64,000 bases of DNA from Andalucia godoyi And28 (Eukaryota > Protista > Jakobida). The stretch lies in contig VRVR01000059.1 of assembly GCA_009859145.1 (NCBI GenBank), positions 1 through 64,000 on the forward strand. The letters run 5' to 3'. The number at the start of each line of letters is the position of its first letter. The stretch's first letter is position 1. This document shows positions 12,446 through 24,075 of the stretch, piece by piece. The notes below the pieces were generated by a model, which was given only the letters and a program-made list of their open reading frames with translations, was not told the origin of the DNA and did no database searches. Made by a program: the position numbers and the translations under genes.

Positions 12446-15400
12446 TTACGCCTTGGAGTCGGATTTCTGCTCCTTGGACGGACCGGTGAAATACGAAGAC
12501 ACATCGACAAGCAGGTTGTCCGAGACGCGCTCGTCACGAGAATGAAGCTCCACCTTCAGCGACGCTCCGTTGCCGGCATTGCGAACCTTGACGACAAGCT
12601 TGTGATCCTTGGCAGAAATTGCACACATGCAAACCTCATCGTTGTTCGCATATGCGAGGTGCCCACGAAGGAGGCCCGAGAGCTCACGAAGTGCAACCTG
12701 AACATCACGCTTCGGATGCTCCAGAGAAATCATGCCCGATGCAACCGACGTCAGGTTCTCCTCTCCAGACCCGCGAAGCATCTTGTCAACGTCCTCCTTG
12801 GACGCCACAGGAAGCGGACGGAAGAACATCCACATGGGAATGACAACATCAAATTCAAGCTCGCGAGCCTCCTCGTGCTCTCCTGCACCGTCAGACGGGC
12901 TGGTGTAGTGGAGAGTGTACGCCAACTTTGCCATCGTACGAATCGACTTGGAGCACGACTTGAAATTCATGGTCACGGGGATCGTCTTGGTCTCTCCGCC
13001 CGCCATGATGAACTCCGGAATAGGGTAGAACTTGACATTCGACGGCTCATCGATCGTCAGCTTCATATGTGTCAAGCGCGTGACGGTCTTCTTCTTCTTG
13101 GACCCGGCCTGGACAAACACAATCGGGAACGTGAGAGTACGTGCATCCACCGGAACGACGCTCGTCTGCAACATGGCTTTGAGGTACGTGTCGGAACCAA
13201 GCTCCCGGATCGAAAATGGAAACGGCTGCATTGGGATCACTCCGGGTGACGAAACTGTGGGCGACGTGGAACGGGCTTGCTGCTGCGACGCAGATCCCGT
13301 CGGAGGGGAGGACAGCTGCAACAAGGACGAGGTCGGCGAAATGGTTTTCGGACCTACCGACTCAATCTCCTCTGACTTGGACTTGGATTTCTTCTTCTTC
13401 TTGCCAGAATCATCCGCAGATGCAGCAGACGCAGCAGATGCAGACACAGACGAGGCGGCGGCAGAGGCGGCAGCGGCAGGTGGAGGGGAATTTCCCATAT
13501 CCAGCAGCGAGTCATTTTCCTTCTTTGCCCTTTCCTTCTTCTTCTTGTCCTTCTTGTCGCTCCCCACAACATGCGAATCCTCGACTTCCGTCTTCTTGGA
13601 CTTCTTCTTCTTCTTCTCATCATCGTGGTCACGGTCGCTATCGGAATGCAGACGGTGGTGTTTTGTGTCCGGAGCTACTTCACGAGCGTCACGGCGCGCT
13701 TTGCGGCGCTCCTCCTTGCTTGACTTGCGACGCGCCATTTCTGCACGAACATCATCGGCAGTCGTCATCTTGTACGCGGAAATCTCTGGAAGACGCTCAT
13801 CTTCCTTCAGCGGCTGTGAGAGGTCAATGTCGAGTGCGGCATACTTTGAATCCGTCTTCACAACGCTGGACTCTTTCTTTTCTTCCTCGTAGCCGTCGGG
13901 CTTTTCTTCCACGGTCTTGATCACTGGTTTCTTGGCAGCAAGCTTCTTCTTTCGGCGGCGACGCTCCTCTTCCGAGTCCACATCCGAATCTGATTCGTCG
14001 TCCTTGCTCTTCTTCGAAGACCGCTTCTTCTTCTTCTGCTTGCGGTCAATTCCAAGATCCTCATCGGTCAGCTTCACCTGCGGAATGTTGTCCACATTCG
14101 TGTCCGTCTTCAGCGAGGCCGGGCCAGACTTGAGGTAGAATGGATCCGCTGCACGGTTCACCACAGATCCACCGCCGGATGCAGAGATCGTACCAAGCGC
14201 AGTGGCAAGCGGCAACGGCGCCGTTGCGGATAAATTCGCAGACGAACGTCCGGTGAAGAAGTAGGTATCCGAATCGTAGTCAATATCCTCATCCGAATCC
14301 GACTCGTCATCGGAATACGAAATGGGCTGCTCGAGGTCCAAGCCCTCGGGAACCTTCACCTTCTCCTGCGCATGTGCAGCCACCGGGTTCAGCTCTTCGG
14401 CAAACATTACGTAGAGGTTCGCGGCTTCCATCATTGCAGAAAACGCAGAAGAGTCTCCGGAAGGATCTCCAGCCGATGAATCAAGTAGATTGCCGACAGG
14501 GCCCGATTTGGAGTTGTTGCTCGACGACGTGCCACCCAAGAACGTCAAAACCATGTGGCAGCGCTCCTGAACGTCAACATCCGCCGACGACTTCCAGGAG
14601 TCGCAGAATCGAACGACAACATCCCGCTCTCGCGCAACATCCGCAGTCTTGAAACTCAGCTTGCGGTACACAAAGAACGTCCATGCAGCATAGACCTTCA
14701 GCATAGACAACAAGTACATGGACTGAACCTGGGGCGACAACACAATGGGAATTGACGACGATGATGATGATGATGAAGAAGACGACGACGACGAGACCGG
14801 AACTGAACCAGCAGCACCCACGGGAGCAGGCGAAGAAACACCATTCGTCGAAGACGACACTGCAAGGTTGGATTGAATGGAGACAGAAGACAACGCGTTC
14901 AAAACCTTGGACACAAACTGACGACGGCGGTTGAACTTCTTCTCGATGTCCGCATCAGTATGCTCCTCGTCTTCGTCGCCCTCGGCTTGCGACTCCGTAA
15001 TGCCCAGCACATCGGGTGTGTACTCTCCCACAATGAAAACGGCAACAGACAGGACCTCAAAAAGGCCGGCATCCTGAACAGGGCTCAGATCCTCCCAGTA
15101 GCTCTTCTTTGTCAACACCGAGTTCAACATGATGCGCACAGCCTCTTCCCGAACTGTCGGAACACGCAAACACACCTCAAGAAGGCTGTCTGCAATCAGT
15201 TTTCCGTACGGTGCGACACCATCGTAATCAAGCAGCGACACAAGAGTGCTCAAGTACCATTCAAAATCGGTCACGGACGGGTACGAGTGGTTCGTTCCGG
15301 AGCACGTGGCAATAATCTTCGGGATCAACTCGGGGTCTGACGGAACATACTGGAGAAGCTTACGGACGACATCTTCAAGATTCTTCTTGGTCACCATGCC

Positions 15401-16432
15401 GCAAACCAAGTCCACAGCACGCTTGCGAATCGAATTATCGGTGTCCGACAGGCAACCGAGAATTGTGTCGCGAAGATCGATCAGCAAACGAGGATACTCT
15501 CCCATGACGTTGCACAACCCGAGGAGACCAAGGTACTTGATGTTTGCATCTGGATCTTCAACAAAGGTTCTGAGCTTCTCGACCGCCAGGCGAACAAGAC
15601 CGACTTGCGAAAGCATGCCGGTGGTGACCGTTTGAATGCATTCGAACAGCAACGAGCGAGCAGGCGTTGTGTTGATAATGTTTGTCAACGGCTCAACGAG
15701 TTTCTTGGACAGTCGTGGTTCAAGCGGTGTAAGGGAGCTCATAAGCTTGACAATCTTGATCAGGGTCCAGTTCGACTGGATGGAAGTGAGCAGCTTGAAG
15801 AAGTGCGGGGCCAGCGGAAGGTAGTTCTTCGGGTTCTTCATCGACAACTCGCAAAGGACGTTCACAGCAGCAGAGATAACTGAGAGATCCGCGTCCTCCA
15901 GCTTCTCCTTCAGACGAGGAAACGAGGGGCGGAGGGCCTCGGGAAACTGCAAAAAGATCTTGTACAGCACCAGCACCGACTTCTTGCGGACGTATGCACG
16001 AGAATTGTTCAGCAGATTGACAATGTCGGAGCACAAATCACGCGCAAGATCCGGAGTACAAATGTTCGACAGACAATTGATTGCAACACCGATCTCGAAC
16101 TGCTGTGGCGATGACAAGTCCTTCTTGAAAAGATTGGTTGTGAGCAGCATGACATCCGTGTCGGGCGAGAACATAAGCGACGCCGCGAGGTAGCCAACAC
16201 GCTTCATTGCAAACCGCGAGTCTGACATGACCTCAATGACATGGAATGCAGCCCAGTCGCAGTCGTATCCAAGCATATACAAATACGTCACCTTTTGAAT
16301 CGCCACGGACTTTTTCTCTTGTTGCGGAGACTTGAGCTCTTCCTTGATCTCTTGGATCGCTGTCTGGATGAACTCGGCCTCATTCTTCTTGTGAGATCGA
16401 ATCCCCTTCACAAGATCCTGGAGAGAACGCAT
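12446..16432 (-). CDS. AP3D1: AP-3 complex subunit delta
   Basis: SLQDLVKGIRSHK, KVTYLYMLGYD and KRVGYLAAS adaptin N-terminus; charged hinge; C-terminal ear. Confidence 0.96.
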   Translation of the reverse strand: MRSLQDLVKGIRSHKKNEAEFIQTAIQEIKEELKSPQQEKKSVAIQKVTYLYMLGYDCDWAAFHVIEVMSDSRFAMKRVGYLAASLMFSPDTDVMLLTTNLFKKDLSSPQQFEIGVAINCLSNICTPDLARDLCSDIVNLLNNSRAYVRKKSVLVLYKIFLQFPEALRPSFPRLKEKLEDADLSVISAAVNVLCELSMKNPKNYLPLAPHFFKLLTSIQSNWTLIKIVKLMSSLTPLEPRLSKKLVEPLTNIINTTPARSLLFECIQTVTTGMLSQVGLVRLAVEKLRTFVEDPDANIKYLGLLGLCNVMGEYPRLLIDLRDTILGCLSDTDNSIRKRAVDLVCGMVTKKNLEDVVRKLLQYVPSDPELIPKIIATCSGTNHSYPSVTDFEWYLSTLVSLLDYDGVAPYGKLIADSLLEVCLRVPTVREEAVRIMLNSVLTKKSYWEDLSPVQDAGLFEVLSVAVFIVGEYTPDVLGITESQAEGDEDEEHTDADIEKKFNRRRQFVSKVLNALSSVSIQSNLAVSSSTNGVSSPAPVGAAGSVPVSSSSSSSSSSSSSSIPIVLSPQVQSMYLLSMLKVYAAWTFFVYRKLSFKTADVARERDVVVRFCDSWKSSADVDVQERCHMVLTFLGGTSSSNNSKSGPVGNLLDSSAGDPSGDSSAFSAMMEAANLYVMFAEELNPVAAHAQEKVKVPEGLDLEQPISYSDDESDSDEDIDYDSDTYFFTGRSSANLSATAPLPLATALGTISASGGGSVVNRAADPFYLKSGPASLKTDTNVDNIPQVKLTDEDLGIDRKQKKKKRSSKKSKDDESDSDVDSEEERRRRKKKLAAKKPVIKTVEEKPDGYEEEKKESSVVKTDSKYAALDIDLSQPLKEDERLPEISAYKMTTADDVRAEMARRKSSKEERRKARRDAREVAPDTKHHRLHSDSDRDHDDEKKKKKSKKTEVEDSHVVGSDKKDKKKKERAKKENDSLLDMGNSPPPAAAASAAASSVSASAASAASADDSGKKKKKSKSKSEEIESVGPKTISPTSSLLQLSSPPTGSASQQQARSTSPTVSSPGVIPMQPFPFSIRELGSDTYLKAMLQTSVVPVDARTLTFPIVFVQAGSKKKKTVTRLTHMKLTIDEPSNVKFYPIPEFIMAGGETKTIPVTMNFKSCSKSIRTMAKLAYTLHYTSPSDGAGEHEEARELEFDVVIPMWMFFRPLPVASKEDVDKMLRGSGEENLTSVASGMISLEHPKRDVQVALRELSGLLRGHLAYANNDEVCMCAISAKDHKLVVKVRNAGNGASLKVELHSRDERVSDNLLVDVSSYFTGPSKEQKSDSKA

Positions 16433-16583
16433 CTTTGGACAAACGAATGACCCACTTGAAAGCAATAAGAGAAAAACCGGCTATTGAAGAAGTGAAGAGA
16501 GGAAGGAAAAGAAAGAAAGAAAAGAAATGTAGCAAATCGTGAAGAAGAAGAAGAATAGGAGACAGCGGGAAAAGAGTCGAGTC

Positions 16584-16634
16584 CGAGAGTGTGTCAGAGA
16601 GTGTGTCAGAGAGAGTGTCAGAGAGTGTGTTAGA
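16584..16634. repeat. 12-bp tandem repeat GAGAGTGTGTCA x~4
   Basis: Read directly; lies upstream of AP3D1. Confidence 0.7.
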
Positions 16635-16891
16635 AAGATCCTTTTCTTACACAATTGTGTGCACTACGATGGAAAAAACATCGTGTCTTCTTCTTCCGCT
16701 GTCAGGCGAGATCGAGTGCTGTTTTAGACACACAGAGTTTGATTGCGAGATTGGTCACATTAAAAATTATTTACTGGTACATTTTAGAGGCTACGTAGCA
16801 CACGAGCCTTGCTGATGAAAATGTCGCGAAAAAAGATCGGGAAGACGAGGACAGAAACGGTGCAGGGATACGGGAGGGAGGGGGAGCCGGT

Positions 16892-17656
16892 CTACTCTTG
16901 CGTCGAATGGATGTCATCTTCGAGCTGCTGGTGCGGCAACTGAAAATCTCCGAGCTCCGAATCGGATTGTGTGCCGCTTCCTGCGGCGGATTTCGTGCTC
17001 TGGACGGTTGAAACTGCGCCGCGTGCCTTCAAGACGAAAAACGATACGCATTGCGCAGTGCCGACGATCATTCCCATCGAGTTGGGCCATGCAATGAAGG
17101 GCTGGGACGAGATCATTCCGTATAGAAACCAAAGCGCCGAGTTAATGAGAGCTGCAAGGCCCATTTTGAGCGGGATTGGGTCCAAGGAGACCCGGCGAAA
17201 CGCAGTGTGAATGTTCAGAATCGGTGCACCGTAGAGCGCAACGACCATAACGGACCCGACAATGCCCGAAATATCCGTGTCCACTTTGCTCTGATTCTCG
17301 GATCTCGTAAACCCGTAGATCCCAAACGAATAGCAAATGGTGGTGATCAAAAATATGAGGAAGATCATAATCTTCTTGCGCTGCTCTGGGAGCGAGTTCG
17401 CGAATATCACCAGAAAGTAGTGTGCAAGAAGCGGAACCGACGTCGCATTCACTATAAACACAATCAAGTCACGCGCTATGACGCTGTACAGCGTGTACGT
17501 CACGTTCGAAGCGACCATGAACGCAAACGGAAGCGCAGACATTCCCTTTGTGTCTTGCGTCCGATCAATCTCGCATATCGACTTCCACGGAGAATAAAAC
17601 AAGAACGACGCCGTACATGCTCCCGCCAGCGAAAACACCAAAGAAAGTGCAGACAT
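16892..17656 (-). CDS. SWEET/MtN3 sugar transporter
   Basis: Two MtN3 repeats (SP..TKGMSALPF; YGAPILNI..LDPIP) and FIAWPNSMG. Confidence 0.9.
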   Translation of the reverse strand: MSALSLVFSLAGACTASFLFYSPWKSICEIDRTQDTKGMSALPFAFMVASNVTYTLYSVIARDLIVFIVNATSVPLLAHYFLVIFANSLPEQRKKIMIFLIFLITTICYSFGIYGFTRSENQSKVDTDISGIVGSVMVVALYGAPILNIHTAFRRVSLDPIPLKMGLAALINSALWFLYGMISSQPFIAWPNSMGMIVGTAQCVSFFVLKARGAVSTVQSTKSAAGSGTQSDSELGDFQLPHQQLEDDIHSTQE

Positions 17657-18084
17657 TCCTCGTCCTTCAATTATTGCAGTGTGTCTGTCCTGTTGTTGCG
17701 GCCTTCTTTTCTTTTCTTTTTTATATTATCTTTTTTTTTTCCCGAGAAGGAAGCCAAGAGATGCGCTGATGTGCAGTCCAGTTCCGTCGTACAAGGATTT
17801 CGCTGGTTGATGAGTGATCAAGGGTGATGAGGAATCACTTGATTCTAGATCATTCCTCCTCGGGCTTTCCCCACTGCACGCTGACTGTAGTGCACGGTTG
17901 TTTTGTTTTGGTTTTTTGGCGCCTTTTTGCTGCTCCCAAGAGCGCGTGTTTTTTGGGGGTTTTTTGGTTTTTTGTGGTTTGTTTTTCAGTTTTGTTAAAA
18001 AAGCAGAAAGGAAGAAGATAAAAAAAGAGAGGTGGTGCGTAGGCAGTAAGAGATTTTGATTTTGGATCCGTTATTGTCTGCGGG

Positions 18085-18687
18085 ATGGACGGCGATTCGT
18101 TTGTTCCTGGTGCGCGAGCAGCGAGTTTGCTGCGCGACACTGTGCGTTCGTGCACGCTGCCTGCGTATGCGGACCATGAGCTTGAGCTTGTGCTGAAAGA
18201 GATTGGCGCGATGCATGGAGAGCTTTCGCATAGCTTTGCACAGTGGAGCGAGTGCACAGACGCGACTGAGAAGTTTGATTATACGACTGCGGTGGTTGTG
18301 AACGACTCGATTATTCGTAGAAACAAGCGCTGTGTGATGGCGTACTTGCACTATCGATGCAGGGTGCTGCAGGCTGCGCGGTGGTCGCTGGGAAGAGCAC
18401 TGCCAGAGGAGCTGAGGCAGAACATGAGTCGGCCGGAAGCCGCGTTCTTTCAGCAATACAGCGATCTGCTATCCAGGTTTTTTGCGGATATTCAGCTGGA
18501 CTTGACAGTCGACCAGCTGCCTCCGCGCGGCGTGCATATCTCTGTCCGCGTTGGCCAGGAAGACTGCGGAACCATCGAAACGGAAGACGGGCCGCTGCAT
18601 CTGCGGCCGTATGCCGTAGTCCGTACTCGAAGACAGTACGTAGAACACTTCATCCGCCAAGGAAAGATGCAGCAGGTCATCCTCTGA
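18085..18687 (+). CDS. GINS1: GINS complex subunit Psf1
   Basis: LPAY start, RNKRCVMAYLHYR, E..FF..Y, and DLTVD..PP..ISVRV..G.IETEDG motifs. Confidence 0.9.
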   Translation: MDGDSFVPGARAASLLRDTVRSCTLPAYADHELELVLKEIGAMHGELSHSFAQWSECTDATEKFDYTTAVVVNDSIIRRNKRCVMAYLHYRCRVLQAARWSLGRALPEELRQNMSRPEAAFFQQYSDLLSRFFADIQLDLTVDQLPPRGVHISVRVGQEDCGTIETEDGPLHLRPYAVVRTRRQYVEHFIRQGKMQQVIL

Positions 18688-19135
18688 CTGCGCCGTCTCG
18701 TTTCCCCAGAAAGAAAGAAAACAAGGACTAACGCCAGTCAGTGTCCGAGCAAGGCGCCGAATGATGGATGCAACGAACTGCAAAACAAAAACAAAAAACC
18801 CGTGGAATTCGGTGGTAGTCTTCGGGCTTGTTTTTTCCAAGTTTCGCCGTGCATTTGCTTTTTCTTGCTGCACGCGGCTTCGGCTTGCGACTGTTGCTCC
18901 ACATTTATTATTATTATTATTATTTTATATAGTGTTTATTTTGCAGAATGGGGCAATGGGATCTGCCAGATAATCAGCCATGGACGGCGCATCGATTGCT
19001 ATCTCGACGACTCGCCACGTATGCCGCAGACAAGTAATTCGTTATTTTAATTCATAATTTTTTTTTTAAATAATAATTTTTTTTAAAAACACATGCATCG
19101 TTTGTCGCAGCACACATCCATGCAAAGCTCGAGCA

Positions 19136-20437
19136 CTACTCTGCATTCGAAGCGTCTTCCATGGTTGTGAGAGTGGACCCATCGGACAAGGGCGACAGAG
19201 CTTCCTCGGGTGCACAAGCTGGACTATGGCCATCTACTTGCTCAACACCCTCGGCATACTCTGCGTCTGCCCTGCTCTCTTTCTCTTGATCTTCTTCTTC
19301 TTTCTCCTCTTCCTTTCCTTCCACCACCACCACTGGGGCTGCTGCCTCGTCTGGTAGGCTGCTGCTGGCGAGGATGCTTGGTTGCGGCCGGGTGTCGAGA
19401 ACGGTTGGTTGCGTGGCCTCGTTCGTCTGCAGAGCCTCCTTGATCGCCGGCACCGGCTCCGGCTCCGGCTCCTGATCCCGTTGTGGGTGCGGTTCCTCGA
19501 CGGCGGGTGAGCCGGATGCGAGTGCTGATTTTTCGTGTTCGATTTCCGTTTCCATTCTTCGCAGATGGACGTTCACAAGCATGCAAAACTCTTCCGACTC
19601 TTCGATCCACGGCCACGGTCCCCCGTGCTTCATGACAGCTCTCGCCAGCCCGTCCTCCCACCATGCGACCATTTCTTCTCGGACGACCGGTGGAATCGAC
19701 ATATCATCCAGCGTCTCAATGGACGTGACTCGCGACGGATTGAGAATCGGCGCTTGTGTCATCATGGGAAACTCTGTAGTGTGGAGCGTGATTCTACACG
19801 CTAGCTCCTCCTGCGTCATGGCCTCCAGCGCATGGACCATGAACTCCACCGAGTACTCAAAAGGCTGTTCGGCCACGGCCGCCTTGGAGCCCTGTGTCTG
19901 TGCCGGCTGCGGAAACCTCTTCAGCAGCGCGCGCTTCAAAATGAACCCGGGAGTCACACGCACCAGATCGACGCACGATGCCGTATTTCGAAACTCCGTG
20001 ACGGACGCAAACGAATTGGCAATTACGAGCGACAGCACCTTTTGCGGCCGAGTCTGCGCGTACACCTGCGCAAGAAATCCTCCGAGGCCCACTCCGAGGA
20101 TATGGAACTCCAGCAGCCGCAGTCCTTGGCTGGACGTAAGAAACGCCTCCAGCGATGCAATGCAGCATTCGAGGTCATACACCGGTGGCGGCGTCACACA
20201 CACCACCCGATGCCCATGCGATGCAAGAGTCGGTGCAATCTTGAAGAACTGCTCGCCGCCGCCAATCACTCCAGGAAGACAAACTACCGTAGATGGACAA
20301 TCGACAGTCGCCACATATCCGGGAGGCTTCACATCATAGTACGAATACGACGCTTCAAACGGCCGTGAAAGCGTGATCGTCGTCAGCGAATATGTCGACC
20401 GAAACCTCCGGAACCCTTCGTCCTTGAACTTTGACAT
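19136..20437 (-). CDS. SPG21: maspardin-like alpha/beta-hydrolase fold protein
   Basis: VVCLPGVIGG.EQFF, HILGVGLGGFLAQ, NSF, ELACRITL and GGPWPW..E.EEF. Confidence 0.82.
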   Translation of the reverse strand: MSKFKDEGFRRFRSTYSLTTITLSRPFEASYSYYDVKPPGYVATVDCPSTVVCLPGVIGGGEQFFKIAPTLASHGHRVVCVTPPPVYDLECCIASLEAFLTSSQGLRLLEFHILGVGLGGFLAQVYAQTRPQKVLSLVIANSFASVTEFRNTASCVDLVRVTPGFILKRALLKRFPQPAQTQGSKAAVAEQPFEYSVEFMVHALEAMTQEELACRITLHTTEFPMMTQAPILNPSRVTSIETLDDMSIPPVVREEMVAWWEDGLARAVMKHGGPWPWIEESEEFCMLVNVHLRRMETEIEHEKSALASGSPAVEEPHPQRDQEPEPEPVPAIKEALQTNEATQPTVLDTRPQPSILASSSLPDEAAAPVVVVEGKEEEKEEEDQEKESRADAEYAEGVEQVDGHSPACAPEEALSPLSDGSTLTTMEDASNAE

Positions 20438-20622
20438 TGTCAGTTTTCTTTTCTTTTTCTTTTTAATTATTGTTTTTTTTGGTCCTCCTCTTCCTTCTGC
20501 CTTTGTTGTTCTTCTTCGCCGGGAAAAAAAAATCTCTCTTCTTTTCTCCGTCAGTGAGTGAGTAAATAAGCCTGTATATTCATGGCACGAAAAAACGGAA
20601 ACTGCGGAGATGATGATCATCG

Positions 20623-20666
20623 TCAACGACTCAACGACTCAACAACTCAACAACTCAACGACTCAA
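20623..20666. repeat. 8-bp tandem repeat TCAAC(G/A)AC x5
   Basis: Read directly in the divergent intergenic region. Confidence 0.85.
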
Positions 20667-21076
20667 TGAGAAAATGGATTTCAGAGCGGTCGTAGAAGGG
20701 GGAGGGGAGAGCCAGTCGTGTATTTTGGGAGCGAACTCGAAGAGACCTTTTTTTGGAGTGTCATTTTGGAAATGTCAGTGGGGTGTCATCCACAACAACT
20801 GTATTGTTGGTGAAGGGGGGGCTGTGCCTTCCCCTCTCTCAGTGTCCGCCTTCTTGTCCTTTCTGTGCTCTTTTTTTTTTTCATTCTCTCTACGAAAAAG
20901 GAGGTGGGGGAAAACAAAATCAAAATCAAAATCAAAATCAAAATCAAAGAGAGAAAAGAGGACGAGGACGAGGACCAGAAGAAAAAAAGCACGCAAGTGA
21001 GACAAGCACGAAAAAAGGACGAGATTTTATTGTTATTATATTATTATTTTTTTTAAAACAGCACGAAAACCTAATC

Positions 21077-22108
21077 ATGACATTCTCTACGCTGGTTGAA
21101 AAGATTCTTTCAAAGCACACGGAAGCCGATGTGCGAGTTCCGGCAGTGATTTCGATCCAGACGACATCGCACTTGGATGCGGCCTTCCAGCTTCTTTCGG
21201 ACCGCAAGATCCGATCTGCACCGGTGTTTGATCCGACGACAGGAAAGTACATTGGGTTTCTGGACACGGCAGATATGATTGCGCTTGTGGTGCGTCTGTT
21301 TGTCGACTCGCCACCTGCCGACGGTGCGCCCTCGTCACATGCGTACCACGACCTGCACCATGCACTGTCACATGCATCCAAGTTGTACCTGATGTCCGCA
21401 TCGCAGATCACGGATCTGTCCAAGGAAAATCCGTTTGTGCCGCTTGCGCCCAATGTCTCGCTTTACGAAGTTGCAAAGGTCATGGCAACCGGAATCCACC
21501 GCGTGCCGATCGTCGACGAGAAGGGAGCGCTTGTGAACGTGGTTACCCAGTCGGCGCTCGTCAAGTTCCTGGTGTCGCATCTTAATGTCCATCTGCACTC
21601 GGCGTCCTCCACCTCGTCGGTTGCGTCGGTAGAAACGTCCACGTCCGACGACAATGGTAAGGAGCAGTGGGAAGATTTGCAGTTGGACGAGTCCGTCGGC
21701 TCGCTCAAGCTTGGGGTCAGAAAGGTGATCTGTGTATCGGGAGAAGATCGCACGGTCGATGCGTTCGCAACAATGCTCAAGAACCACATTTCTGCAATCG
21801 CAGTCCTCGACGAAGCAGGCAAGATCATGGGCAACGTGTCCAACTCGGACATCCGTGTGCTCTGCGATCCGTCTGCAATGCCCCTCATCACCGGCCCCGT
21901 TGCCCAGTTCATCTCGCACATCCGACAGGCGGATCTGTCCACGCGATACCCGTCCATCTCCGTGAGACTTGGAACCACGCTCAGGCAAACGCTGGCCAAG
22001 CTCGTTGCGACGGGAATTCACAGAATCTACGTCATCGACGACCACTCAAGACCTATCGGAGTCATCAGTCTCACCGATGTCTTCCGGTTCGCTGTGCACC
22101 CCCAGTAG
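21077..22108 (+). CDS. 4x CBS-domain protein (Sds23/AMPK-gamma-like)
   Basis: KIRSAPV, GIHRVPIV, HISAIAV and GIHRIYV CBS repeats. Confidence 0.88.
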   Translation: MTFSTLVEKILSKHTEADVRVPAVISIQTTSHLDAAFQLLSDRKIRSAPVFDPTTGKYIGFLDTADMIALVVRLFVDSPPADGAPSSHAYHDLHHALSHASKLYLMSASQITDLSKENPFVPLAPNVSLYEVAKVMATGIHRVPIVDEKGALVNVVTQSALVKFLVSHLNVHLHSASSTSSVASVETSTSDDNGKEQWEDLQLDESVGSLKLGVRKVICVSGEDRTVDAFATMLKNHISAIAVLDEAGKIMGNVSNSDIRVLCDPSAMPLITGPVAQFISHIRQADLSTRYPSISVRLGTTLRQTLAKLVATGIHRIYVIDDHSRPIGVISLTDVFRFAVHPQ

Positions 22109-22934
22109 CCCAAACCCGAACGCTAGCAACCGCAGCCATACTCGGGCGTTGCTGCCACAGTCAATCACACACATCACTGCATTTGACAAGAGAAGAGGAA
22201 GAAGAAAGAGAAGAAAAAAAGAAAGGGGAAAAAAAAGAAGTAGTGAAATGAAGGGACGAGTAGCAAGGAATGAATGTGAGAAGACAGAGAGAGAGAGAGA
22301 GACGCGTATAGTAATTAAAAATAAAAATAAAAAGAGTTTGATCGATGGAATTTTGGGAATAAGAGCTGTATTTGTCTGTCTCTCGCCAAAACATGAATTG
22401 TTATTGATCATCGGCTGAGCGACAGATCCAAGCCACATGTTTTTAGTGTTTTTTATTTGGGGGTGAGCACAAACTCTTCAATGCAGATCGCTTTGCATCA
22501 AAGGGTCATCGCAACCTACATATATTCCCCAATCGATTCAACATTCAAAAAAATGAACGTTGGCGGGAACAGAATGTGGTCGGCGGTGGAGCCCATCGCG
22601 CCTGGCGACGACGCATTTTTCTTTGTTTATTCTTGTTCTCTGACTTGAAAGCACATTCCGAACGCAGTCGATCACATCTTCGTGATTTGATGATCACTAG
22701 CTTGCTCAGCAAGAACAGGAAACAGCAGAAAGAGAGGGTAAGCGGAGAATGAAGAAATTCTGGGCTTGACTACGGTAAGGAAAATCGTACCCCCTTGCAT
22801 TGTTTGATGATCATGCCTGCCGTAGATAAGAGGATAGCTTAGGACGGGAGAGGATTGTACTTGATCCATTACGACGACGACAGTATGCATGCTGGTATTC
22901 CCTTTTGCCGCTGTTCATTGAGCGACGAGAGAGG

Positions 22935-23849
22935 ATGTTGCTGTTGAAAGGGCAATCGCCGTTTTTCCGGACGCAGTGGGCGCGAGCAAGGAAGCTGGCA
23001 CGCCAAGTGATCGCGGAGGAGACGGCGCCGCGTCCGTACGTGCCTGTGCGAGCGCAAGCGCCGGAGCTTGGGATGCGAGAGTATGCAGAGATGCGGCGTC
23101 TGCACCGCGCGGTCGCGACTGCATTCCCCGCGAAACGGCTTGCGGTGATGTACCACACGACCGAGGAACACGTGGGCCGCGTGCTGGACATGGACGAGCG
23201 CAAATTCCAGGAGACATATGTGCAGCCGTTTCTGCAGCGCATGTATCTACGGACGTTGTCGTTTCGGCAGCAGGACGATCTGCTCAACGAGTTTCGGACG
23301 CTGCGGTCGCGGTCCAGATTCTTATACGACCGGTTCGTGAAGGCTAAGCAGGAGTGTGCGGCTCAGCGCGGAAAAGTGCTCGGGGCGTCCGCCGTGCACA
23401 CGGAACCGGCCCAATCACACTATGCCCCCGAAGTGCCAGTACAGCAGACAGAACTTGCAGAAATGAGAAGAGCGCTGCCGGACGGAGACGCGTTCATGGA
23501 CCAGGGCCTGCGCGTTCACAAGGACGACAGAACTGTTGTTGCAGAATACGATTTCTCAAGATCCTTTGCAGAGTTCCGGGCGTTTTTGGAAATGCATCCG
23601 CACGTGCGAGAGCTCGGGTACGACGGACCCCAGCACCAGCACCAGCACCAGCACCAGCACCAGCAACCGAAAGAGGGAGCGGAAGAGGAGCACGATCCTG
23701 CGTCGGTAGAATCAACTGAGGGTGCCGGCTTTGCTGGCGGCGCACAGGAAACCCTCGTAGGCGATCGTGCCCACAACGACGGCTGCGAGTCGCCGCAGCG
23801 TTCCGAAGCGTCTGCGTTTCGAGACGATGTACGATCGTTTTTCCAGTAG
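22935..23849 (+). CDS. hypothetical protein (Arg-rich N-terminus, possible mitochondrial presequence)
   Basis: 305-codon ORF; no recognised domain. Confidence 0.6.
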   Translation: MLLLKGQSPFFRTQWARARKLARQVIAEETAPRPYVPVRAQAPELGMREYAEMRRLHRAVATAFPAKRLAVMYHTTEEHVGRVLDMDERKFQETYVQPFLQRMYLRTLSFRQQDDLLNEFRTLRSRSRFLYDRFVKAKQECAAQRGKVLGASAVHTEPAQSHYAPEVPVQQTELAEMRRALPDGDAFMDQGLRVHKDDRTVVAEYDFSRSFAEFRAFLEMHPHVRELGYDGPQHQHQHQHQHQQPKEGAEEEHDPASVESTEGAGFAGGAQETLVGDRAHNDGCESPQRSEASAFRDDVRSFFQ

Positions 23850-24075
23850 GCTTTTAAGAGCTATCGGTTGTTGCATCACTTGATGCCCCGCCGTCCCGGG
23901 AAAAAGAAAACTCGTGTCTCCGAGCACGATTTCGCATGAATTCCCATCGATGGTCATTCTCGCTTTCCCTTCTTATTTTTCCTGTCTTTTCTGACGTTTC
24001 AGGCTTCCTTTTTTAAAACGGAGAGAAGCTGTGGCGAAGCGGGGTGGGTGCGGACTGTGGAGCGCGTAAGAGACA

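Noticed and set aside
12171-12545. ORF overlapping the AP3D1 3' end
   Set aside because: No ATG context or domain support, and it overlaps a well-supported gene on the opposite strand.
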